DNA of 64,000 nucleotides from Schizochytrium sp. TIO01. Lineage: Eukaryota; Protista; Bigyra: Labyrinthulomycetes. The stretch lies in assembly GCA_004764695.1 (NCBI GenBank), contig SMSO01000031.1, positions 8,786,761 to 8,850,760 on the forward strand. The letters are read 5' to 3'. The notes beneath the pieces are model-generated. The model was given only the letters and a program-made list of their open reading frames with translations. It was not told where the DNA came from and did not search any database. Positions 34,710 through 46,475 of this stretch are shown in pieces (within the stretch, counting starts at the first letter, position 1; the number at the start of each line of letters is the position of its first letter). A program made the translations under genes and the position numbers.

Positions 34710-35771
34710 TCATCGGAATGTAGGCGATGATACACGGCTAGAATCCTCAGAGGGGCTCTGGGAGTTAGCAGGTTCAAAGCTTTCTCGAACGATTATAGAG
34801 ACAAGAATGCGCAGGTCATCGATATCATCGAACTCGTCGTGCTCCACACCAAGCTCATCAAGAATGTTGCGTAAGGTCGCCTCGTCGACAGAGTCAAGAG
34901 GTTGACCATTAGGAAGAATCATGATTGGTGCTTCCCGCTGCATAATCTGACGTTGGCGAACCTCACGGTTCACTCGAGCCTCAGTTGCTGCAAGCTGGTG
35001 CAAGAGCTGCTCTAGAAGCTCGTCATCATCAATCGGAGGATACAGGGTATCCGAATCGTCGTCCTCGTAATTATGATATCCAAAGGCTGCCATACGGCGG
35101 TTGGCACGTCGCAACCGCGCCTCCTCGGCTTCACGGGTAAGGCGATCGGAAGCAAGTGCGGCTTCTACCATACTGAACACAGCGCATGGGTCGCCTGGGC
35201 AGCAGGCAGCAAGAGCAGCGCCACCTTCGTGAATGGCTGAACGTACAACCTCTTCGCTTCTTTCGCGAGCAAGCTCTAATTCTTCCTGAGGAGTTTGTTC
35301 GGGAAGCTTATGGCGGCAACTCGGGCAAGTATGGTGCGCTTGGAACCAGCGTTCTACACAAGTAGCATGGAAGGTATGTTCACACGGCAACCTAATACAG
35401 CTATCGCGCTTTTCGTATGCATCGAGGCAGATGGAACAAGACTCCTCGCCACAGCGAGACTCTGAGCCCCGGATGCGCTGCAAGGACCTCAAAGTTCGTG
35501 TTGAGATCGGGTGTGGTTGAGCTTCCTCTTCCATGTAGGTATCGTGCAGTTGGTTAACAATGAGGTCTGACATGTCATCGACGTCGTAGTCGGCAGCGAG
35601 TAATAGTCTTAAGGCATCTGGTCCTAGGCCTCCACGTCGAGACCGTCTTGGCGGTGGCGGTGTCGAACCCCGGAAGGGTGTTCCCATCGAGAAGATACTT
35701 GGCGACCTTCCACTATACCCTCCGCCATGGCCATGAAGACCTGGCACTCGGCCGCTCGCAAAGAAAAACAT
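34710..35771 (-). CDS. RING-H2 finger protein (putative E3 ubiquitin ligase)
   Basis: CSICLDAY...LPCEHTFHATCVERWFQAHHTCPSCR. First ATG is at 35771. Confidence 0.9.
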   Translation of the reverse strand: MFFFASGRVPGLHGHGGGYSGRSPSIFSMGTPFRGSTPPPPRRSRRGGLGPDALRLLLAADYDVDDMSDLIVNQLHDTYMEEEAQPHPISTRTLRSLQRIRGSESRCGEESCSICLDAYEKRDSCIRLPCEHTFHATCVERWFQAHHTCPSCRHKLPEQTPQEELELARERSEEVVRSAIHEGGAALAACCPGDPCAVFSMVEAALASDRLTREAEEARLRRANRRMAAFGYHNYEDDDSDTLYPPIDDDELLEQLLHQLAATEARVNREVRQRQIMQREAPIMILPNGQPLDSVDEATLRNILDELGVEHDEFDDIDDLRILVSIIVRESFEPANSQSPSEDSSRVSSPTFR

Positions 35772-37298
35772 ATGTTTGGTAACCAATACTTTTCACGCAC
35801 GAACGTGGTAGCTTTGCCTGTCAAATTTCTTCAGAACGGCCTTCAAGGAGTTATTCTAAAAAGTCTGCAAGAAGTAAGCAACGCCTTTTTATACGTTTCC
35901 TTCGGCCCGCCCAAGTTGATGTGACCAAAAAAATAGATCACGATTGATAGAAGCCTGGTATTGGTGCACTTCTCAACGTGTTGCAACTAAATCAGTAGTC
36001 AAATACGAGGAGTTTCACTCCGAATCAGCTTGAAAAGTTCAATGGACCTCAATGCAATATGCAAAGATGCAATATGATGCAATGAAACGCGATGCGATCG
36101 ATACAGTGTAATAGATAAGAGATGCCACACCTCCTGGGCGGTCTCAAGAGACAGAGAAACAAGAAGCCAAAACTTAACCCACGCACGCGACGTTCGCGGA
36201 CCAGCGCCCGTTTAGAAGTTGTTATCGCCGTCAACAGCCCTGGTGGCTGTCTGGGGCTTCGCAGTTCCAGCGCCACGACAGTGGCAGCAAGGGCGACGGC
36301 GAGGCCAGCAAAGGAGACGCGGACGATTGCTGATCTGCTTTGTTTCTTTATTTCTATTTCTATTTCTTATGACTTCTTTCATTCTTCTTTCTTTCTTAGG
36401 CATCATCGTAACTACTTTGATTATAATGAAAAGTATTTTCTGCATTTTTATTAGTTTCTCTTCATTTTTAGCGAGTTCTATTCTGCTCGTCCGACTCCTG
36501 ACTAGAAAAAGAAATAGGCAAGGAAAGTAGTTGCTAGTTCATGACACTTATTCCTTGGTGGTGTTTCTGATCCTCCGGCATTCCTTACGGGCCTTGTTCT
36601 GGGTCCTGCTACGATGCAGTCCACTCTCAGAATACTTCGTTTGCTCGGAGAGGAGGATGTCTTCTTCTTCTTTCGATCTTCATTCTTTTCCATAATTCTG
36701 TTTCTCTTCTTTACGCCTCTCTTTTCGTCTCCTTTTTTCCGGTCCTACCAATATTGCTATATAGAACTGTACCATGGTATCATAATAATAACTCTGATAT
36801 TTGTTAGTTAGTTAGCAAATCATAATTCGTCGTCATCTTTAACAATCTTTGTCAGAATCTGTTGTAATCGTCACTATCGCCAACAAGACGGCCAATGTTC
36901 ATTCGATTCGCCGCGGCCTCTCGCAAGGTGCCAGCATCGGGGGTGCAGTCTGCGCCGTCTCCAGACCTGGCTGGCGCGTGAAACTCGTGCTGGCGTGGCT
37001 GCTCGACTAGATGTTCCTTCACCCGATGACTTGCTTGGCCGTCTTGCGGTTCTTGCTGTCGGCAGCTGGTTCTTCGCCGAGCCACCCTTGAAGTCCGTTT
37101 CTACCTCAAATTCTTCCTCCAGCCGCTCCTCCCAGGGTTTTGCTGGTCTCTTCAGCACCAACTTCGCCAGCCTTCACCATTGACTGCAGTCGCAGCCTTT
37201 GCACGATCGATGTTCACATCAAAAGCCGCCTTCACGCTCCTTCAGCTATACGTCAGCATCACCAGATTTATCATCGCAGAAACCATCACCACTATCTT

Positions 37299-37304
37299 CA
37301 TCAT

Positions 37305-37367
<63 letters not shown>
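37299..37367. repeat. (CAT)5(CAG)18 compound trinucleotide microsatellite
   Basis: Directly visible. Confidence 0.95.
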
Positions 37368-37369
<2 letters not shown>

Positions 37370-39274
37370 TCTCTGTTCACCGCTGAGCTGTCGTCGAACA
37401 TCGTCGATTGCGCTGAAGACGCGCAGCAGAGCTTACAGAAGGCAGACCTTGCCGGACACCACTTTTTGCATGCACGACTCGGAGCCAATGCACCAGATCT
37501 TCGATCAAATCGTCAATCCACCGGGACAAACGTCAACCCGCTCGCCACTCGCTACACTCGCGAGCGACGAGGCCACGCCACGGCGACTGCACCTCGAGGT
37601 AGGCGGTGAGCGAGTCCAGGAGTGGCGGAAGCGGAGGACATCAAGCGGCTCAATAGGATCTCTCGCTGAGCCCGTGCATCAGCAGCATCTCGCTGAGCGC
37701 GCCGGAGTCGCGCATGCACGAAAAGATTGCGTTGATTAGCGTTTGCCAACCTCTTTCGCAACAAAAGCCACGTTGCTATGGACGCCTGTGCTTCCTGAGG
37801 GCAAGTTTCTCGTTTCGTACTCTGAGATTCTCTAGAGCGTTCTATATATATTGCTGCTCGCCAGGTGAGTGAATAGCGTGTCTTCAAGCAGGCAAGTCGA
37901 TGGCCTCGGAAGACGACGCTTGAAGCGAGACAGATTTGGGTGTCAATGGAATGAATGGATTGCGAAATGGACGGCCACTAGGTAGCTAGCGAGCTAACTA
38001 TTTTAGCAACAACCAATGGGGGCATTTGGACGTTTGTGTCAATGCGCCAGTCGCGGGGATTTGGGCGAAGGTGATGGCGGCGATGGCGATGGCCAACTGC
38101 ATCGTTTGGCTCTGTATATCTTGTGTCTTGATAGCCTGAGCCTCGAACCGCCCAGGGGCGTGATGGATCTCGCTAAACCATCGCGCCGGCTACCCTGATA
38201 ACGACCTGGGTCTACATCTGAACGAGCATTTGGGGAATCATGAATAGCTGGCAAGCTAACAAGTTTATACGTAGCTGCGTGGCTTTCGAGATCTCCTTTG
38301 GCAGGAGCTCGCAAGCGGCTAATAGATGGGGAGTGTCAACCTGTGACGGTCCCAGCGATGGTACCTAGCTGCCACAAAGAGAGTCATCCTACTAGCCTTT
38401 TTGTCTATGGCCTCTTCTTACGTGATCGGGTGCTCTGGGATTAATGTTCGGAAATCTAAGCAACAGTGAGCCTGCGCGAAAGTTAATTGTGTTTTTGCAG
38501 CACCACGGAGAGTCTTTGCAGAAGTGCGCTCCTTCCTCTCTTGTTTGTTTGCTGCGTGCTTGCTTGCTTGCTCAAACGACGATGGTCGGAGTCGACGGAG
38601 ACTGGGACCGCCTGTCTCTGGTAGAGATCAATCGACCAACCAACCAAACAACCAACCAACCAACCAACCAACCAAGCAATACATCAATACAGGAAGACAT
38701 CAGGACATCACATCAGTTCAAGCGATAGATGGGGCAAATCATAAGATACAACATCTTGTCCTTTGAAGCTGTCAACCTCTCATGAACATCCTCAATATCA
38801 CCACATAGGAGCACCTTGATTACAGTAGGCATACTTTGTGTGACAACCAACAAAGAAGGTGTGCCCAAGAAGCAATCACTTTTATAAGCCTTGACAAACC
38901 TGGATTTTGTGAGTTCATACAGCGCCCTCAGATTCTGCTAAAGCAGCCGAAATAGAAAATCACTGGAAAAGGAAAGAAAATAGAATAGATCACGTGAAAT
39001 GGAAGCAGAACTGGCAAATGGAAAATAGATAAATCAAGCGAATAAGTAAGAACATAGTACATGACGTCATGGATGAGCGCGAGATAGATGATATCAACAC
39101 GAGGGACGATGTTGTGAAGAAAAAAGAAAGAAAGTAATCAAAATGAATGATTAAATAAATTGATGTGACTGAGTGGTGGCGAGACGAAGGAGCAAAGCGA
39201 GGCAGGCATCAAAGTACTCTGCGTCTCGCGTGCTCCGTCTCTTGCGAACTGAGTGAAGAAAACGCCTATTCAGT

Positions 39275-40144
39275 ATGGGGGTTGCAGACATCGTGGATCT
39301 AGTAGCCAAGGGGGAGGGGTGGCCTGCAAATGAAGAGGCTGCAAGCACTGCCTCGAGATCTCGTGCGTTGAGCACAGCTCTGGCGTACGCGCGGCTCTTC
39401 GCAACAAGGGATTTTGAGGCCAACAGCGAGGGGCTCTCCGCATCTGTGACAGCAGACTCAGTACAAAAGAATGACCAAGTTAACTCCCAGAACAATATTG
39501 AAAAGGCACCGGAACCTGCACCGATGAGCAAAAATGATGCATGTGAAGACGCGGATGGAAAGGATGGCGATGCAAACAGTACCTGCGTGCACATTGTTGG
39601 TGCTGACTTCGTAGAAGCAAATGACCAGGCGACGCAGGTATTTGAGGAATTCTCACGATGGCTGAAGGCGACTCAGGGTATAGATAAACTTAACGTGGTG
39701 CTTGTAGGACCCAATGTCCCACTTGCACTGGACGGGAGCGAGATGATAGACAAAGAGCTCGGTATCTCCGTGTATATGCGATCTTGCACATATGAAGAGA
39801 TGCTAGAGGCAAAGGATAAGGATGTCCCAAAGGCTGTTCTTGCCATGCTTTTCAATGCTGGAATTTGGGGCTACGATTCCTGGGCTGCAACCTTGTGTAC
39901 ATTAATGGACCTTGCCGTACCAACAGTGGTGACTTCATACAATGGCTGGGAGGCCGAGGATGATCAAGACAGTATCGAAGAAGCTCTGGAGGGCAAAGCA
40001 GTTGAGTGGCTCTGGGAACCTGAACAGAATCCGTTTGGGTCCAACATTCACCGCCCGGCTGGTGTCGAGAACCGCACTTGCGCGGATAACGCTTTCTGGC
40101 AATGCTTTCGACCAAAACAATTACAAAAGGTGAACCTGAAGTAG
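39275..40144 (+). CDS. MSS51 C-terminal-like domain protein (no MYND finger seen)
   Basis: VHIVGA..E, VVLVGP, FNAGIWGYDSW..TL, PTVVTSYN..EAEDD, NPFGS, N.FW pattern typical of the MSS51-C domain. Confidence 0.7.
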   Translation: MGVADIVDLVAKGEGWPANEEAASTASRSRALSTALAYARLFATRDFEANSEGLSASVTADSVQKNDQVNSQNNIEKAPEPAPMSKNDACEDADGKDGDANSTCVHIVGADFVEANDQATQVFEEFSRWLKATQGIDKLNVVLVGPNVPLALDGSEMIDKELGISVYMRSCTYEEMLEAKDKDVPKAVLAMLFNAGIWGYDSWAATLCTLMDLAVPTVVTSYNGWEAEDDQDSIEEALEGKAVEWLWEPEQNPFGSNIHRPAGVENRTCADNAFWQCFRPKQLQKVNLK

Positions 40145-40588
40145 TCTATGGTTAGGGTTTCTTCTCGCTTTATTTGTTTTTTGCGTATACCCGCTGAGAA
40201 AGACGTTTCCAGCAGATGAAATGATTTTTTTTTTTTTCAGAGGTATCCGTAATGGCGCAACCCCTTATCTAATTATGTAAACTGAACAATGACTATATAA
40301 CACCAGAGCTTATCTAGGGGAGAATGAGCGGATACTGGATATGGGCTCAAGAATGCGGCAGATTTTTCTGCTTCCCAGGCTATGACTAGCTTTTTAGACG
40401 AGCTCAAAGCTCTTTCGCAACGTATTTTATGTAGACGATTCCTTCCTTTAAAAGATATTTAGAAAACTCTGTTGAACGGTTAGTAATTGGATTCTTTGAG
40501 GCTCTGATTTGTTTAGATTACGTCTCAGGTAATCAAGCTAGCAAAGAACAATGTGTAAAGAACAATGTCGGCATGCCCAACCGCGTGG

Positions 40589-40596
40589 TATAAATA
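40589..40596 (+). promoter_or_regulatory. TATA-like element upstream of the tRNA gene
   Basis: TATAAATA begins 40 nt before the mature tRNA 5' end. Confidence 0.45.
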
Positions 40597-40628
40597 CCTT
40601 GGTTCCGCTCTGCATTTCACGACGCAAT

Positions 40629-40722
40629 GCGCATGTCGTATATGGGTATTATCTTAGCCTTCCATCTACCAAATCGGTAGGCATGATAGCTGATGAAGGG
40701 GGTTCGAGTCCCTCCATGCGCT
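40629..40722 (+). tRNA. tRNA-Gly (anticodon TCC) with a 23-nt intron at 40665-40687
   Basis: Acceptor stem GCGCATG/CATGCGC; anticodon stem TTAGC/GCTGA with loop CT-TCC-A^A; T arm GGGGG-TTCGAGT-CCCTC; B-box GGTTCGAGTCC; discriminator T at 40722. Confidence 0.92.
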
Positions 40723-40727
40723 CATAA

Positions 40728-40733
40728 TTTTTT
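40728..40733 (+). terminator. RNA polymerase III oligo-dT terminator
   Basis: T6 run 5 nt downstream of the tRNA discriminator base. Confidence 0.7.
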
Positions 40734-41109
40734 CCTTTTGCAGTTAATATTTTTTTTTGGTTATTCTGTTCTCCATCATGTCTTTAGATACGTCCGTCTA
40801 TGTCTATATAAGGGTTGATAGGAGTAGTTTTCAAAACAGAAATACTTTTTTGGAAGAAAAAAATCCTGTCTAAATTCTAGTTCTAATTCTCTTTTCTTTC
40901 TTTTTTTAATAATTTTTAATTTTAATTAAAAATATATATATATAATTTTAATTTAAAAAAACTTAAAAAATAATAATTTTAAAATAGAAAATAATATAAA
41001 GGTATTCGTTTTTAAAATTTTGCTTCCAAGGCGAACCTCCGTTGAGTTGCATTGTGAGCGAAATGACCTCTATTTCGACGCTCCTTTCTAAATTGCAGTG
41101 AAGTCTGCA

Positions 41110-41130
41110 AACACACACACACACACACAC
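41110..41130. repeat. (AC)n microsatellite
   Basis: About 10 copies are visible. Confidence 0.9.
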
Positions 41131-44100
41131 GAAGCTTTCTCATGATTATCTGGAGCTCTTCTTGTTGCGCAATGGCCGACCCAGATCTGCGTCGACTTTT
41201 TGCTGTCTCATATCACAGGTACGCTAGTTAGAGAGTAACAAACACCCTGCTCCTTCGACTATTGCAGCCAGTTTGTTTGTTGTGGTATCAGAAGCCATGT
41301 ATCTTGTCAGCAGTGCTTGATTTAATTACGCTCAAGGTATTTATTTATTGCTTTGTGAGAGCGCGAAGGTTTGCCTGCACCTCGCAACTTGACCCCAAAT
41401 GACTCTTGAAGTGCTAGTATGATATCAACTCTTTCCAAACTGTGTAAGAACCTTCGAACAGAAAACAGGCGATAAATCAACTGACCGAATTTCCCCTTCA
41501 GAAGTTAAGAGTTCTTCCAAACTGGTTCTCCCAGGTGTCTGTTTATCAAGGGCCTGGTGTCGTACCCAAATTCGAAGGAAGACGATAAGAATGCCATCTT
41601 TGCCGACTGGAAGCCTTTGCAAGAGTCCGTCCAGCTTGTGAGTTTCATGCTATCCAGAAACAGTAGCTTTTGCTGTTTTTTAATTAAAGTTTGTCCGCCT
41701 AAGTGTATGTTTGAACCGGTCATTTCATCAAGATATGTTTTTAGCTCTGTATAATAATGACACTTCGTGTTCGAAAGTGCTTGCAGAATTTCTCGCGACG
41801 TATGGGTTGACCTGATAGGCTGGCACAGGCAGGGCATCGCGCTAGTCGCAGAATGCTTGTCATTTGTAGATATGGCGCATAACTGAACGAAACGCCTGCT
41901 CGAGCTGGTCACATGCATCCCTGTCAATCCTTCTGCTTGAGTGAAATTTGATGTAGATAGATACCGTGCCACGCCAACTACCCCGATTGCAATCATAATC
42001 TTTGCGCAGAAGCTCTAAAATCCTACAGCCCCGGCAATAGCCATCATCACAGAAGGAATAACATCTGTATTTTTCTTTGCGATTACAGTAGTACACACCC
42101 CAAGAGTTCTTCTCAGGCTCTCAACCGCAAAGTGGGCGCTTCCTTTTCATATGAAGGCGTGCTTGTTGCTTTTAAAGACACAAGGTGCTTTCCCTTCCTG
42201 TGAACAAGACCTTCTGATCTCCCCGGTCGCTAGCTAGCTACCTGAGGTCTCTCTCTCGAGCCAGGCGCCGCGAGTGAGTGTGTCTCAGACCAGTCTAAGT
42301 GCTTATTGGCTCAAGTTCAACCATCTCGTCGAACCCCTCCCACTGTAGCAAGCACTCGTTGTAGCACTCACTCGTTGTAGCACTCACTCGTTGTCGCACT
42401 CACTCACTCACTCACTTACTGTCTGGTCCCACCCTCCCTCACGCTCGTTTCTCGTGCAATGAAAACACAAGCGGTGGATGCCAGACTTTTATTCTCGCGA
42501 CTTGAGCCGCGATGGTTCTGCCATTCGCCAACCCCATTCGTGTCCTCGATGTCCTCCTCGATGTCCTCCTCGATGTCCTCGATGTCCTCATCCATCAAAA
42601 ATTCATTCTTGTTACTCCATAATGCACGTTTCGTACTACAGCAGAAGTCTTCTGCTAATTGGCAGTTAGCCAGCACAACTTTTGGAAGCACTTTGCGAAC
42701 CTGGCGATCGATCTGCGACAATCAATCACTCTGTCTCACTGGCATCTCGAAGTTGACATCTCGAAGTTGGCCTCATCCATCCCTTGCACCCGCGGCCTCC
42801 AAGCTGCTGGTCGATGCCTGGGCGTGTGCCTGCCTGCCTGCCTGCCTGCCTGCCTCTGGACGCCAGCCAGTTCTTGTCGTGGGCCTCAGCGAGTGAGCTC
42901 ATCTTGATGAGCTCTTGCAGTGCTTCGCCGGGCTCGAAGCAGAAGTTTGTGCTTCTGCGATCAGCATCGTCTTTCTCGATATATACTTGCTTGTGCGTGT
43001 ACGTTTGTTCGTGTGTGTATGTGTGTCAACCTTCTGGTGGGGTGAACGGAAAACGTTTCGAGAGGGTTTTATTCATGCTCAACTCGAGGAGTTCTGGAGG
43101 ATTTGAGATCACCTCGGCGGGCTAGGAAACGGCCAGCCGGTCGCTTATGATGGAGGAGACCGACTCACTCGTTTGGCGATGGCTTCCTGGTTGCACGCGA
43201 GGGCCGGGTCTATCGTGATGGTTGTTTGTTTGTCTGTTTCGTTGGTTGTTGGGTTGGTTGGTTGGTTGGTTGGTTAGTTGTTCGTTTGGTGCTTGCATCA
43301 GCTCGACTTGTGCTCATGGTAGACTCGCAGGCAGCGAAGCAGGCAGCGAAGCAGAGAACGAGAGCAACAGTGAACGAGGAAATGGGCAGAAGTAGTGCAC
43401 GACCTCGAGCTGGCTGTCGGAGTGGCGGGAGTGCCTGAGCTGCAAAACATGGACACCAATGGTAGTTAGGTAGGTAGGTAGCTGAGCCGCAGAAATAACA
43501 AATGTAATTGTAATCCTGAAGAAGCCATGCGCTTACTTCACACCTTCGCTACGCTATGCTGTGATTGACTGCTCAACACATAGATTGTAAATCACGCTGG
43601 CTGACTGACTGAATGTCTTCTGCGACTGTCTCGCACACTATGGCAGCCACCACGAGCTGGTAGCGCTGCGGTTGGTTGGCAGGGCATCATCAATATTGTT
43701 CATGGTGACAAATCCTGATGATGGAACTCATCGTGCTCAAAAGAAAGCTGATCATGTGGGCAGCAGCGATGCTCTGTAACACTTTTCGCTTCGAAGCCAT
43801 TCCTCTGCCACGAACATAAATGGCTCGAGGTCGTCAAAATATCTTATTAATCTGTGCAAGTGGAGAAGCAGCTCGCCGTGGGCTGGCTAGTTGGCCGGCT
43901 TGGAAGACCCCCACTCACAGCGGTTTCACAGCCCACCACGCCCTACTTTTGCTCCTTCCGCAGAGATCTTCGAAATGGCACTTCACTTTGTTGAGGTCGC
44001 CAAGGTTCTTATCCATTCTAGTCCCGCCGCCGTGGCATATTTCCCAACACAGGTTTTGTGATTCCCATCATTTCTCAGATGTACGGCACATTCATCTACA

Positions 44101-44791
44101 CCTTGGTTCATCGTGAAAATTGACAGTCTCAACCGCAAATCTTTCGCAGCCTCGCGAGCGTATTGTTTGGCCTTCGTAAACAAGACTCCCTAAGCTCGAA
44201 ACCTGAAGCGCTTGAAGCAGATGTGCAGGAATGCAATTCGAGTGACTTTTGCTGACGGATCGAGACATGAGCAGACAGCAACGAAGCACTCATTTCAGAA
44301 GTCGCAAATGTCAAAACCAACGCGTGTAGTGCACATCGCAAGCCGCGCGCATTCATTTTACCGCCAAAGACCAATTATCGCAGAGCATGGAGGGGCTTGA
44401 CTTGCGAATCATTGATTTGATTTCCTGCCCTGGCAGCAGGTACCCTCGTGCTTGCGTTCTTTCTTTCTTGCGATCTGTTCCACCCAAACCCAAAGGAACA
44501 CCTACAAAAGGAAAGCGCGAACGAACGAACGAATGAATATGCTTTGGGAGTAACCACTTTGAGACCGACTCCGTCGCTGGCCGGCCAGCCAACCAGCCAA
44601 CCAGCAGCGCCAGCGGAAGGGCTCTTGCGGAGAGAACGGTACTGCACGCAACGGTGCCAGCCGGCTCGTACGCTTGCCGGTTTGCTGCCTGCCTGCCTGG
44701 CTTGCTTGCTTGCTTGCTTGCTTTGGCTGCGAAGTCTCGAGGCGAAGTCTGTTTTTGATGCAATGAGAAACGACGATTCTTTGCAATCTTT

Positions 44792-44823
<32 letters not shown>

Positions 44824-46475
44824 TTCATCTCATTTCATTTCTTTTCATCTCATTTGGCTCTCCCAGCTCTATAAGAGTCCTATCATAACTGTCTAAGAGA
44901 TGGGTAAAACTTTCTTTTAATTGGATTGTTATTACTTTTTACTATTATTATTATTTTATTTTAAATGAATAGCGCTCAAAAGTGATAGGCGGTCTGTAAG
45001 GAAGCTGTTTCTTTCTTTTAAAAAGTAAAAGCTATCGTGATGGAAAGGAAAGGAAAGGAAAGGAAAGGAAGCTTTCAAGAGAACCTGAGATGCCATGAAA
45101 CTCCGGCAAATCTGCGGAGACCGTGTGGAGAGAAAGCTATGCAAACAGACGGTTTGAGGCTGGCTGTTGCCCTTGAAGGTCCTCTGGATGGTTCGATTGG
45201 GTGCGTGGCAGGTCTCCTGAATTTAGGCTGGCTGGATACACTGGTGTTGCTGAAGATATTCAGTGATTGAAACCATGGAGTAGGATTGACGGAATGCCTT
45301 TTTAATTCAAGTTATTAATTATTAATTATTAATTATTAATTATTTTTAATTGAATTAAAAGAACAGGATGAAACGAAGTGGAGAACCCAAGAACTCCAAG
45401 GCACAGCACGGAATCTGGTCACCGAAATTGACGCAAATGGAAACCCGATCGAGAGGCGTGTCTTTCAAGGTGGAGCTAGCGCTTGCGACGGGATCCTCGT
45501 GTGCATCTTGATCTCTCCATTCATGGCTTACTTACTGCACCGCACATCATTCTGTCGTCGATCTTGTGCAAAATTCGTGGAGTTAAGTATCTCAAGGACC
45601 GATGAAACCCCCAATCGTCTTTCACCTTTTTTCTTTTTTTCTTTTTTTCTTTTTTTTAAACGTTTCATAAAATTGTTTATATAGTAGTTATGTATAAAAA
45701 TCTATTTGCTTATTTCTATTTTCTTATTAAACAGTAAAAGTAAAATAACATCCGCTAGTCGTAAGGCATGCATAGCCACTACTACTACATCGACCTCTCT
45801 TTTCTATCTTGCAGTGAAACTATTTTTTATTTTATGTTATTTTATCTATAATAAGTGATAGTGTCTAACACCTCGATAGTAGTTGGAGTTCTTTATCTTC
45901 TTTATTGCAAATCTAAATCAAAGAAAGAACATAACATTTTCGACGTCCTGCCGTGGCAAAGGATAGTAGAGGCAAGAGGCACAAAGGAAAGTATCCAATT
46001 ACACCCCTGCGTTCTCATGGACGCTGTCCTATTCGCGAGGCCTGCCAGTGCTTCAGGCGCCCTCTGGGATGACCAAGCATTCTTAGAAAGCACTGAGCTA
46101 CATTCCCTTTTTCATAAAGTTAAAACCCAATATACCATCAAAACAAAAACTCCGCCTGTCGATAGTACTAAGGACCTGCTACCTAGTGCAGTATGTATGA
46201 GCATCGTGAAAACGTTTTAACTTTAATTTAGAAAAGGAAATAAAAACAAGTTTATGGGAAAAGAGTGGAAAGAAAGAGAGAACAAACAAATCAATTGAAT
46301 TGAGATTCCGATTGGCAGTCAAATCAATCCATTCCACAATCGACTTCGGAGACGACCAGCTTTGGCGCCTTCTTCGTCGTCGAGGCCAACTCCTGCTGCT
46401 CCCACTTCGTCCACACCAGGCTTGAGGCAGCCTTGGCTGCGCTCCGACCCGTTGTGACTCCCCTGCGCCCCTCGG

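Noticed and set aside
37140-37739. PolyQ/polyA/polyS ORFs over the CAG repeat
   Set aside because: All frames are open only because of the microsatellite, and the flanking translation has no recognisable domain.
41283-41296. TGGTATCAGAAGCC resembling a tRNA-iMet primer-binding site
   Set aside because: The match is imperfect, no LTR ending in CA precedes it, and no gag/pol follows.
41425-42721. Cys-rich short ORFs as a possible zinc-finger gene
   Set aside because: The fragments lie in different frames with no coherent domain; at most an unidentifiable relic.
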